This document shows positions 40,386-51,176 of a stretch of DNA of 64,000 bases, piece by piece; positions within the stretch are counted from its first letter, which is position 1, and each line of letters begins with the position of its first letter. Under the pieces are notes generated by a model. That model ran no database searches. It saw only the letters and a list, made by a program, of their open reading frames with translations, and had not been told where the DNA came from. Position numbers and translations under genes: made by a program. Location of the stretch: positions 16,988,001 to 17,052,000 of the forward strand of contig NC_043024.1 in the NCBI RefSeq assembly GCF_006345805.1, in the 5' to 3' direction. This stretch comes from Octopus sinensis (Eukaryota).

Positions 40386-40700
40386 ACACACACACACACA
40401 CACATGTAAAATCAATTAAAACAGTGCAGTTACCTTGCAATGAGGAGTGGAAAATCCAACGTTTCAGATAAAGTTCTTTTTCAGTTGGAAAGTCAGAAGG
40501 AGTGAAATGAAAGAAATAAAGAAGAGTTTTAAATAATTTAAGTTTAAATAAAATGGTTGCAACTGATAAGGCCAAGACAGAAAGTTCCAATGGCTGCAGA
40601 CACAGAAATCTTTTGTTTTAAATTAAATTTGAATATTGCAAGCAATATGGTGCAAGCCAAGAAAGATGGGAAAAGATAGCAAAGATAGCTATTCATAGTA

Positions 40701-41256
40701 TTGGGTTGTCCGGAAAGTTGGTGCCGATTTATAGTAGCTTACCTTTCAACTTATAGTTGAGTCCATAAAATAGTATTTGACTACACCTCCATTTAGAGCA
40801 CAGTTTAAGCTATCTTTTCGTGGAAGAAGGTTTATGTTCCTATAACCTGTGTTAATTCTGTAACCCTTTAAAATGGACGATAAGAAAGTTCATTTTCGGC
40901 ACTTGATGCTTTGGGAACCAGACAAAAATTGCTGCAGCTCGGCTGGGATGTGTTACCCGACCTTCCATATTCACCAGATATTGCTCCTTCGGATTTCCGC
41001 TTATTCAGGTTTCTGTAGAATAGTCTTAATGGTAAAACTTTCAATTCCTTGGATGACATAAAAAGATACCTTGATGAATTCTTTGCCATGAAACCACCTC
41101 AATTGTGGGAAGAGGGTATTTTCAAGTCAAAGGAAAGATGGAGACGCATTGTGCAACAAAATGGTTCATATTTGGTTGATTAAAAATGTAATGACAAGTA
41201 TTTATTGACCTTTTTCTTTCCTTTAAAAATCAGCATGAACTTTCTGGACAACCCAA
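40701..41256 (+). mobile_element. Internally deleted mariner with both TIRs
   Basis: TA|ttgggttgtccggaaagtt...aactttctggacaacccaa|TA; N-terminal MDDKKVHFRHLMLWE joined to QKLLQLGWDVLP..PYSPDIAPSDF...WRRIVQQNGSYLVD*. Confidence 0.92.
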
Positions 41257-41362
41257 TATTAAGACACTTAAGATTAGGCACAGCAAAAGAGATAATTTAG
41301 ACAGTAAATATGATCAGACATTATACATGAATGGTATATATATATGAACGGTGTATATATCT

Positions 41363-41725
41363 GAGGAGATGCAATGGCCCAGTGGTTAGGGCAGCGGACT
41401 TGTGGTCATAGGATTACGGTTTTGATTTCCAGAGCAGGCGTTGTGAGTGTTTATTGAGCAAAAACACCTAAAGCTCCATGAGGATCCAGCAGGGGGTGGT
41501 GGTGAACCACAGCTTTCTCTCACTTATTTTTCCTGTCTCTGTTGTACCTGTATTTTGAAGGGCCAGCCTTGTCACACTCTGTGTCACGCTGAATCTCCCC
41601 AAGAACTATGTTAAGGGTACACATATCTGTTGAGTGCTCAGCCACTTGTATGTTAATTTCATGAGCAGGCTGTTCCATTGATCGGATCAACTGGAACCCA
41701 CGTCGTTGTAACAGACAAAGTGCCA
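41363..41725 (+). mobile_element. SINE family D, tail type 2
   Basis: tRNA-like head gcaatggcccagtggttagggcagcggac; tail gggccagccttgtcacactctgtgtcacgctgaatc. Confidence 0.85.
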
Positions 41726-41884
41726 TGAGAGAGAGAGAGAGAGATAAAGATGCTGGCAAGAGTGATGTTTTGTTTTAATTTATTGATCCTAAAATATGAA
41801 CAAAATTTACCTTGGTGAAATTTGAACTCAGAGCACAGAGATCTGGAATGACTACAGCAAACCAATCTATCTGATGCAACTTGG

Positions 41885-41926
<42 letters not shown>

Positions 41927-42818
41927 GTAAGTTGGCAGAGGGTGAGAGAGATAATGAAACACTAAATTATTTAGATTTACTATATTGTGGAGAAGACACA
42001 GCCAACCCCTGGGCGGTTGTGGTGTTCGTGGTGGTGGTGGTGGTGGCAGCGGTTGTGACTGTACTGGCAGTGATGGGGATGGGCACAGCGGTGCTGCTGC
42101 TCCTGATGATGATGATGATGGTGTTTTTATCCTGTTGTATGTTTATGACTTTACATGTAAAAACCAACAAAATTAATCAATACATACTCGTTGGAAAGTA
42201 TGTAGAGACAATACTGTACATACACATACACACACTCACACACATACACATACACATGTATATACATATAAATATACGTAAATATATATGCGTGTGTGTG
42301 TGTTTACGTATAAAATAATCTAAACATGTTTTTGTACTACAAAATATAAAAATGTGTATATATATATATATATATATCCCTGCATGCATACATACATACA
42401 AACATACATACATACATACAGATAGATAGATAAACTGATACACTCACACGGACAAATATTTCCACACACACACATATTTATATACATATGTGTGTGTGTG
42501 TGTGTCTGTAAGTCATGTTTTAGTTTAATTAGCTTACAATATAGCTTTCTCATAAAATCATGTTTTTTGAGTGATCAAACAACTCGGAATATCTATTAAC
42601 TGCTGGGATTTATTTGTTTTTCCTCATTTTAAGTTGTTCTGTTTGTATTGTTTTACAACCTGTGTAGCCAGTATCAGAACCAATGGAAATGAAATTCTTG
42701 TCTAATCTCAATGAGTCGAGCTTTCGGTCACACACGTGGCTATCCTCAGGGGGAAATTTTTGATTAAACACTATAACACTATGTCAATAAATGCAAACAT
42801 AGAAATATGGGACAACTA

Positions 42819-42890
42819 CCCACTGGCTTGGGCAGTAAAATACCCATTGGTTTGTGCAGTAAAACACCCACTGCATTGGGCAGTAAAATT
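42819..42890. repeat. Three 24-bp tandem units
   Basis: ccca(c/t)tg..tgggcagtaaaa at 42819, 42843 and 42867. Confidence 0.8.
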
Positions 42891-42901
42891 TCATTTCAAC
42901 A

Positions 42902-43147
42902 TGTATGAAGGGTGCCAAAAAGTTACTGGCTTTGGGTAACAGAGAATAAAGGAAGATCGGTTAATTATGACTTTACTCAACAAATTCCCCTCTCAGATTC
43001 ACACACTTATTGCAGTGGTCCTTCAGTTTCTTTAAAGTTCCTGTCTCTAAGAATCATAAAATTGTAAAAGAAATTGGAAGGTTGGGCCTCCAGCCAAGCC
43101 TTTCGTGATACCCTTAGAGACAGGAACTTTTCAGTAAACCATCATAT
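42902..43147. mobile_element. Mariner-type MITE remnant
   Basis: Ends tatgaagggtgccaaaaagttactgg and caggaacttttcagtaaaccatcata are imperfect inverted repeats. Confidence 0.55.
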
Positions 43148-43292
43148 GTAGCTTTTGCCTTCATTGAAACTCCTGCAACTCAGACTCTTTCTGTCTCTTT
43201 TACTTCCAGTTAAATTCTATTATAGTTTATATATCCATACAGATGTACAAACATTCTGTATATATATATATATCTTTCTGTATATCCATCTG

Positions 43293-46200
43293 TCACTTGC
43301 CTCAATGGGTCTTCACAAGCAGAGTTTCGACATGCCACCGGCACTGGTAGCACATCCGCAATTTCCATTGATCGATTTCGATTCTGATCCTCACTTGCCT
43401 CAACACGTCTTCACAAGTAGAGTTTTGTGTCCCAAGAAGGGAAGGTATGCATACGTAGGCTGGCTCCATCCCATGTAGAAGGCCACGGGTTGTGGACTCA
43501 CTTGTCCTGCCGGGTCTTCTCGCGCACAGCACACTTCCAGAGGTCTCGGTCTCTAGTCATTTCCTCAGTGAGACCTAAAGTTCGAAGGTCGTGCTTCACC
43601 ACCTCGTCCAGGTTTTCCTGGGTCTGCCTCTTCCACAGGTTCCCTCAACCGCTAGGGTGTGGCACTTTTTCACACAACTATCTTCATCCATTCTCGCCAC
43701 ATGACCATACCAGCGCAAACGTCTCTCTTGCACACCACAACTGATGCTTCTTAGGTCCAGCTTTTCTCTCAAGGTACTTACACTCTGCCGAGTGTGAGTA
43801 CCGGCATTACACATCCATCGGAGCATACTGGCTTCATTTCTAGCAAGCTTACGCATATCCTCAGCAGTCACGGCCCATGTTTCACTGCCATGTAGCATGG
43901 CTGTTCGTACACACGCATCATACAGTCTGCCTTTCACTCTGTGCGAGAGGCCTTTTGTCACCAGCAGAGGTAAGAGCTCTCTGAACTTTGCCCAAGCTAT
44001 TCTTACTCTAGCAGTTACACTTTCAGCACACCCACCCCCGCTGCTGACTGGTCACCTAGGTAACGGAAACTATCAACTATTTCTAGTTTTTCTCCCTGGA
44101 AAGTGACGGAGGTTGGTCTCAGAGCATTTTCAGTGTTTATTGTTCCTGAGCATCTGCCACATACAAAAACCATCTTCCTAGTTAGCCTTCCTTTGATATT
44201 GCTGCATCTCTTATGTGTCCATAGCTTACACTTGGTGCATCTTATAGAGTTTCTACCTACACCTTTTCTACAGATCGAGCAGGGCCATCTACCTGAAGGT
44301 GTTTGTGATTTGTCTACTTCCTACTGATTACGACTTTGGTTTTAGCTAGATTGACTCTGAGGCCCTTCGATTCAAATCCTTGTTTCCACACCTGAAACTT
44401 CTCCTCCAGTTCTGATAGCGACTCAGCAATTAGAGCAAGGTCATCAGCATAGAGGAGCTCCCAAGGGCATCCTGTCTTGAATTCCTCCGTTATTGCCTGG
44501 AGGACTATGATAAATAGGAGGGGGCTGAGTACTGAGCCTTGGTGGACCCCTACCTCTACCCGGAATTCTTCACTGTACTCATTTCCAACCCTCACCCTAC
44601 TAGCGGCGTCCCTATACATGGCCCGCACAGCTCTCACTAACCATTCATCTATCCCTAGTTTTCTCATTGCCCACCAGATAAGGGATCGGGGGACCCTGTC
44701 GAAGGCTTTCTCATGTCAACAAAAGCCAGGTACAGGGGCTTATCTTTGGCTAGGTATTTCTCCTGCAGCTGCCTTACCAGGAATATAGCATCAGTAGTAC
44801 TTTTCCCTGGCACCAACCCAAACTGCATCTCATCTAAACTAACTCTCTCTCTAATTAGTTGGGCTATGACCCTCTCCATAACCTTCATCACCTGGTCCAA
44901 CAGCTTGATACCTCTGTAGTTATTTGTATCTAGGGCATCACAATACCTTTGTAGCAGTTGACTATTATACTGCTACACCAGTCATTGGGTATGACCCCTT
45001 TGTGTATCACCTGATTAACTATATGGGTGACTAGGCTATAGCCGACACTACCAGACATTTTGAGCATCTCTGCAGTGATTCCTGATGGGCCTGGGGCTTT
45101 CCCTGTCTTCATGCTTCTAATTGCCTTAGCTACCACAGAACTATCAACTCGGATAGCTGGTCCCTCTGTTGGGTCAACATTCGGCAGACTCTCTTTATCC
45201 CATTCATTTTCTTCATTCAGCAACCTTTCATAGTGGCATCTCCAAACCTCTCTCTTCGCATCCTCATTTAGCGCAAGTGAACCATCTTCCATGCGAACAC
45301 ACTTCTCTCCTACCACATCACGATTCTCTCTCAAACACTGTCTTGCAACACGAAACACCTCCAGTCTTTGGTCCTCACGGCACAGAACATTGGCTAATTT
45401 TTCTTATCTGCTTCCCCTCTGGCTAAATAACCTGTCTCCTAGCTTCTCTTTTGGCAGTCTGATACAATTCCCTGCTACCCCCATTTTTCCAGACCTTCCA
45501 AGCCTGTCTCTTTTCTCTAATAGCCCTGTCTACAATATTGTTCCACCACCACGTTATTCTAGGTCGAGAGGGGACTTTGCACCAGCCACAGATCTGGTCA
45601 GTGGCTCTCAGCAGGTTTTCCCTTAGAAACGTCCAGCTGTCTTCTACCCCCTGTGATGCTCTATCCCCTTCTACTTCGTCAGAGGCTTCAAGTAATATGT
45701 CCCTAAATCTCTGTCCATTTGCAGGATCTTTAAGCTTCCAGATCCTTCTTCTCCATATTTGTCGTCTTCTGGTTGTCCTCCTAGTCCTGATCCTAAAGTC
45801 ACTAACTACCAGTCTATGTTGTGGGGTACATTCTTCACCTGGGAAGGTTTTGGCATTTATAAGCAGCCATCTCTCCCTTTGCCTTGTAAGGATGTAGTCA
45901 ATTTGGCTGGTATGTTGGCCCGATTGGTAAGTGACTAGGTGGCTGGTAGGTTTCCTGAAGTTAGTGTTGCAAATCATAAGATTATTTGCATCGCAGAACT
46001 CCAGCAGCCTGGTTCCCTCCTCGTTGCGGGAGCCATAGCCATAGCCTCCATGTATGCCATGGAAGCCCCCAGCATGTCGTCCAACGTGACATTGAAGTCA
46101 CCAGCCACAAAGATAAGGTCTCTGTCGTCGTCAATGAGGTAGTCTGCAGTAGTAGAGTGTCATAGAATCAGTCTTTCTGTCCATCGGGTAGCCCCGACTG

Positions 46201-46560
46201 AGGAGCATAGGCTGATATAATGGTTGCTAAACTATGATGAAGCACTAATCTAATCTTAAGTATTCTGTCACTTACTCTGATTACCTCAATTACTTTATCT
46301 ACCCATTTCTCAGCGATAAGTATACCCACGCCACCAACCCCGTCAGTGTTCCCTGCCCAGAAAATCTTGTACCTGCGTTCCTTGCCTGTGAGGAACCTAG
46401 CTCCTCTCTCTCCACCTTATTTCTTGCATGCAACATATATCCACACATCTCCGTTCAAGCATCTCGACTATCTCACCAGACCTACCTTTCAGAGTGCCAA
46501 CGTTGAGGGTGCCAACCCTGAGGGTGTGGAAGGCATGGGCTCTAGAGACCCTGGGACGGT
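43293..46560 (-). mobile_element. Near-full-length RTE-clade LINE (APE endonuclease plus RT), with frameshifts
   Basis: LRVGTLNVGTLKGRSGEIVEML..CMQE; SQIDYILTR; QFGLVPGKSTTDAIF; GVHQGSVLSPLLF; LLYADDL; LRWYGHVARM; ORF stop at 43498-43500. Confidence 0.95.
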
Positions 46561-46834
46561 GGACAGTAGCTTCGTGTGTAGTACTGAAAAGAAAGCTCGC
46601 ATTTGGCAGAATTCATGTGCAAGAAATGAAGTAGTAAAGTAGCCTTCAGTACAACCTGCATAACGCTAGCCTTTCATATTTTGCACTGTATGAACATTAC
46701 CTTACATAGGTTGAGACTAGGGGTAGGGAGGGGTATGGATGGTGAGAGCATTTGCAGTCTTCATGGGAAGCAACCCCGGAATGGAAGAGAATAGGAACTT
46801 CCGGCATGCGTGGTGGGGGTGGGAGGGCGGGTGC

Positions 46835-47780
46835 TAGCTGAGTAAAGAGGTTCTGTTAATCGTGAGCTAGCAAATGGGTTTGTATGAATCGGGAGACAAT
46901 ACTAATTGAAAAATTGAAAAGTCAGAGTGGCTATGAACCTGGAGACAAGTCTAAACGAAAAAAAAAAAAAAATGTTGAGCTAGACAGGGTAATGAGGGAA
47001 TACTGAAAGAATGAGTGACAATACAATGAGATGGAAATTGAAGAATAGAGAAAGAATAAGGATAAGTGCAAGAAAGAAGGTAGTCGTAGCGAGGTTGGAC
47101 GATTCACTTAACTTTTAGCCATTCATGATCTGTGCGTATTCTTTAGATATTTTGAAGCGAGTGGGGTTAACGATAAATGCGATGGCTCTGTTACGTATGG
47201 CGATGATGGTTTTGGGGAGGGGGGGCATAGAGGACCATGGCGATGATGGTTATGGGAAGGGGGGACATAGCGAGAGAGAGATACGGTTAGTTAGAGAGAG
47301 AGGTCAAGGGACAGTGACAATAAGCGGTGTGGAGGTTGTGAGGGGAATTTGACTGGGGACGGCATTGTCGATAAATAAACATTAGATAAATAGGTTTGAA
47401 AATCAGAAAAATCAGAGGGAATATCATTATTGATAGCTAATATAACACCGTAGCTGAGTAAAGAGGTTCTGTTAATCGTGAGCTAGCAAATGGGTTTGTA
47501 TGAATCGGGAGACAATACTAATTGAAAAATTGAAAAATCAGAGTGGCTATGAACCTGGAGACAAGTCTAAACGAAAAAAAAAAAAAAAAAATGTTTGAGC
47601 TAGACAGGGTAATGAGGGAATACTGAAAGAATGAGTGACAATACAATGAGATGGAAATTGAAGAATAGAGAAAGAATAAGGATAAGTGCAAGAAAGAAGG
47701 TAGTCGTAGCGAGGTTGGACGATTCACTTAACTTTTAGCCATTCATGATCTGTGCGTATTCTTTAGATATTTTGAAGCGA
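46835..47780. repeat. Near-identical direct repeat, ~326 bp twice, period 616 bp
   Basis: 46835-47160 and 47451-47780; visible differences are A-run length, one extra T and one substitution. Confidence 0.9.
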
Positions 47781-48071
47781 CAACATGCAATTTCACATCA
47801 GGAGTTTTGCAAAATGAATTGATAAATGTGTATATATATATAATGGAAATATTAAAATTACTAAGTCTCTCTAAAAGAGAACAACGGCAGCGTTCCCGGA
47901 AAATATTAGTTATCGCCATACTAATATGGCATTCTTATAAAAATAAGAATAAAGCTGTCCGCTTATTAGCTCCATGAGGCCATCGCCTTAAGTTAGCTAT
48001 TTGATACACAAACTGTATCCATATAACCTTTGAACAAGGGAGGTCAGTCGCTCCACACTACTTGGCCGGCA

Positions 48072-48113
48072 GCTACAGACGCGTTTCGGGGTATTGCCCC
48101 TTTTCAATGCAGC
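48072..48113 (-). ncRNA. Type I hammerhead ribozyme, U3-A8 variant, inverted copy
   Basis: Reverse complement of the 48452 motif, with stem II loop CAATA. Confidence 0.8.
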
Positions 48114-48451
48114 GTAGCCAAACCAGTAGCTGCCGGCCAAGTAGTGTGGAGCGACTGACCTCCCTTGTTCAAAGGTTATATGGATACAGTTTGTGTATCA
48201 AATAGCTAACTTAAGGCGATGGCCTCATGGAGCTAATAAGCGGACAGCTTTATTCTTATTTTTATAAGAATGCCATATTAGTATGGCGATAACTAATATT
48301 TTCCGGGAACGCTGCCGTTGTTCTCTTTTAGAGAGACTTAGTAATTTTAATATTTCTATTATTGAAAACAAGTGGATGTATTCCACCGAAGCTAGGTAAA
48401 TAAAACCTTTGAACAGAGATTGTCAGAAGCGACACCTACTGGTCTGGCTAC

Positions 48452-48493
48452 GCTGCATTGAAAAGGGGGAATACCCCGAAACGCGTCTGTAGC
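48452..48493 (+). ncRNA. Type I hammerhead ribozyme, U3-A8 core variant
   Basis: Stem I GCTGCA/TGTAGC; core TTGAAAA; stem II GGGG-GAATA-CCCC; GAAAC-GC-GTC^ (palindromic ACGCGT); predicted cut after 48487. Confidence 0.8.
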
Positions 48494-48714
48494 TGCCGGC
48501 CAAGTAGTGTGGAGCGACTGACCTCCCTTGTTCAAAGGTTATATGGATACAGTTTGTGTATCAAATAGCTAACTTAAGGTGATGGCCTCATGAAGCTAAT
48601 AAGCGGACAGCTTTATTCTTATTTTTATAAGAATGCCATATTAGTATGGTGATAACTAATATATATATATATATATACAACTAAAAATAAGGGTGTCTGA
48701 GACATATATATATA

Positions 48715-49095
48715 TATTCTTTCTTTTATTTGTTTCAGTCATTTAACTGCAGCCATGCTGGAGCACCACCTTTAGTCAAACAAATCGACCCCTGGACTTA
48801 AGCTTTGTAAGCCTAGTACTTGTTCTATCGGTCTCTTTTGCCGAACTGATAAGTTACGGGAATGTGAACACACCAATATCTGTTGTCAACCGATGATTGG
48901 GGGACAAACACAGACACACAAACACACACACACACACACATACATATATATATATGATGGGCTTTTTTTAGTTTCTGTCTACTGGCCCGAGACTACAATA
49001 GAAGACACTTGCCCAAGGTGCCACACAGTGGGACTGAACCCGGAACCATGTGGTTGGTAAACAAGCTACTTACCACACAGCCACTCCTGCACCTA
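48715..49095 (-). mobile_element. SINE family A, full length
   Basis: Head and tail match. Confidence 0.9.
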
Positions 49096-49226
49096 TTGAT
49101 ATATATATATATATTATATATATATGACCATTGTACCACTCTCTTTCTCTCTCCATCTGTGTATTATATTCTACCTACAACTCTTGACCTCACTCTAAAA
49201 CTCATTCTGTTTCTTTTCTAAATCAG

Positions 49227-49347
49227 ATTTGAACGGCACCACAATGTTGACAAATACAAGATGGTCTCAGAGCAGACAATGCCGCCAACCAATGTTAACC
49301 AAATGTCTACAACGGCCCTCGAGGACAACATGGCATTTGCATATCAG
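49227..49347 (+). CDS. Internal coding exon of an unidentified host gene
   Basis: Acceptor ctgtttcttttctaaatcAG; donor CAG|GTAAGG; 121 nt (1 + 40 codons) open as FERHHNVDKYKMVSEQTMPPTNVNQMSTTALEDNMAFAYQ; non-repetitive sequence. Confidence 0.7.
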
Positions 49348-49514
49348 GTAAGGGCACTTATCTTAGCAGACGTCACTAACAATTTGACTCCATTTGACCT
49401 CACTATAAAAATTTGACCTGTTGACATTTTAACCCACTCTGTTTTGCATTTTTTCACTTTTTGTAAATTTGAAGAATTTGATAAAAAAAAATTAGTATGA
49501 AGTTTCCAACATCT

Positions 49515-49780
49515 AGTGAGTTCTTAACTGTATCATTGTGTTATCCTCACTCTCTTCCCCTGTGAATTCGTGACCGCGTGTGTACTGTTGGCGATTCTTT
49601 TTTCCTCTGTCTTCCCTTCTCTGGATTTTCCTTCTCCTATGTTTCCGACGAAGAGCTCCGCTCAAAACGTTAAACCCTCCTTCTTTCCTTCTTTCCTGAG
49701 CATCCAATAATACTATATTTGTTCCACGTCCTCGCGTTGTTGTGTTTTTTGTGCTTTCTTGAATGGATTAACTATATATA
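49515..49780 (+). mobile_element. Family E element with mutated hammerhead
   Basis: GTTT-CCGACGA-A-GAGC-TCC-GCTC-AAAAC-GTT-AAAC at 49641-49675; 3' end ggattaac(TA)n. Confidence 0.7.
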
Positions 49781-50159
49781 TATATATATATTTGAAGTTT
49801 TTCAATATATATGAAGATTTTTTTTTTAAACGTTCTTCTACAGAAGTAATTAAAGAAAATTTATTTATTGAAAAATACAGAACTTGCCTAAATATTAATG
49901 CATAACCAACTTTGGTCTCAATATATTTTTCAATTCATGATCACATATCCATCACTGTACATATTTCACCTCACTAACTTAGCTCATCAGGTTTTGTATG
50001 TTTATTTATACCACCCCAAAAATGAATTATTCCCTCCCCTATCCTGAATAATAACTATCACCAGTTACCTCTCTTTAGGTTTTTCTACTTGTTGATTCAT
50101 TCACAAACTTTCATACAAGAACATGGACTAAAATCTTTTTAAGAAAATACAAAATTACA

Positions 50160-50321
50160 ATAATTTCAATGTCATAATTAGCAAAAGCAAAACCAGTCGA
50201 CAACCACAATATTCTTTCCTTTAAAATATATTAAAATTATATAAACTGTGTGTATTTTGCTCATTTTATATCATATATATATATACACTGGCAATATGAC
50301 CATTCCGAAATACAACAATAT

Positions 50322-50396
<75 letters not shown>

Positions 50397-50520
50397 ATGC
50401 AATAATTTCAATGTCATGATTAGTGAAAGCGAAACCGGTTGACAAACACAATACTCTTTTATTCAAAATATATTAAAACTATGTAAACTGTGCATTTTCC
50501 TTCTTTTATCTGATATATAT
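50160..50520 (+). mobile_element. Two diverged direct repeats (period 242) with A3-U8 hammerhead-like motif
   Basis: 50170 TGTC-ATAATTA-GC-AAAA-GC-AAAACCAGTC-GACA and 50412 TGTC-ATGATTA-GT-GAAA-GC-GAAACCGGTT-GACA, separated by (TA)n. Confidence 0.65.
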
Positions 50521-50811
50521 ATATTTTTGCATTGCAACTCACAACGTGGGGATAACCGAAATTCACTTCCTCCATTTTCTTACTTTATGTATGTATGTAT
50601 ATATGTATGTATGTATGTATGTATGTACATATGTATGTATAGTTGTAGCCAGTTTTTTCCTAGCATAGAGGATGTAAAACTCTTGTTTCTCATCCATTTC
50701 TCTCCTCTGAAATTTTCCCTGAAGACTCTCTGAAACTGATTCTCCACTCCTAGCAGCAAGTTCATTGCACTCATTTTATGTACTTTACTACTACTACTGT
50801 CACCGTGATCA

Positions 50812-51086
50812 CCCAGGCTATCAGATGTTGCTACACATCGCTGGTCACAATGCGCTTCGCATTGTTTTAGTCTCCAAATCACGCCACCCCACTGGCTAAT
50901 CTAGCAGGCCAACAGAAGAAAGAGAGAGAGAAAGTTGTGGCGAAAGTCGCCACCACCCCCTGCCAGAGCCTCATGGAGCTTTAGGTGTTTTCGTTCTATA
51001 AACACTCACAACGCCCGGTCTGGGAATCGAAACCGCGATCCTACAACTACGAGTCCGCTGCCCTAACCACTGGGCCATTGCGCCTC
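50812..51086 (-). mobile_element. SINE family D, tail type 3
   Basis: Same head as 10930 and 41363; tail gcgaagcgcattgtgaccagcgatgtgtagcaacatctgatagcc. Confidence 0.85.
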
Positions 51087-51144
51087 CACACACATACATA
51101 TATACATATATATATATACACACATACATATGTGTATATAATAT

Positions 51145-51176
<32 letters not shown>

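Larger units (their letters stand above)
47840..48662. mobile_element. HHR-bearing element: inverted copy plus 1.5 tandem 363-bp units
   Basis: Inverted arms 47840-48076 and 48126-48362; direct copy 48489-48662 (period 363); (TA)n at both ends. Confidence 0.92.

Noticed and set aside
40425-40466. Possible minus-strand micro-exon with an AAG|GTAACT donor
   Set aside because: The acceptor is purine-rich, the segment is only 42 nt, and there is no recognisable peptide or partner exon.
41363-41440. tRNA gene (also 11140-11218 and 51010-51086)
   Set aside because: A- and B-box-like motifs run into SINE bodies and no full cloverleaf forms. These are SINE heads.
48283-48399. Short frame ...FNISIIENKWMY in the 363-bp unit as a GIY-YIG remnant
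   Set aside because: Too short and low in information to call by eye.
49955-49995. Minus-strand CTGATGA-GCTAAGTTAGTGAGGT-GAAATATGTA as an HHR
   Set aside because: Stem I does not pair (C opposite C) and stem II is out of register; at best a relic.
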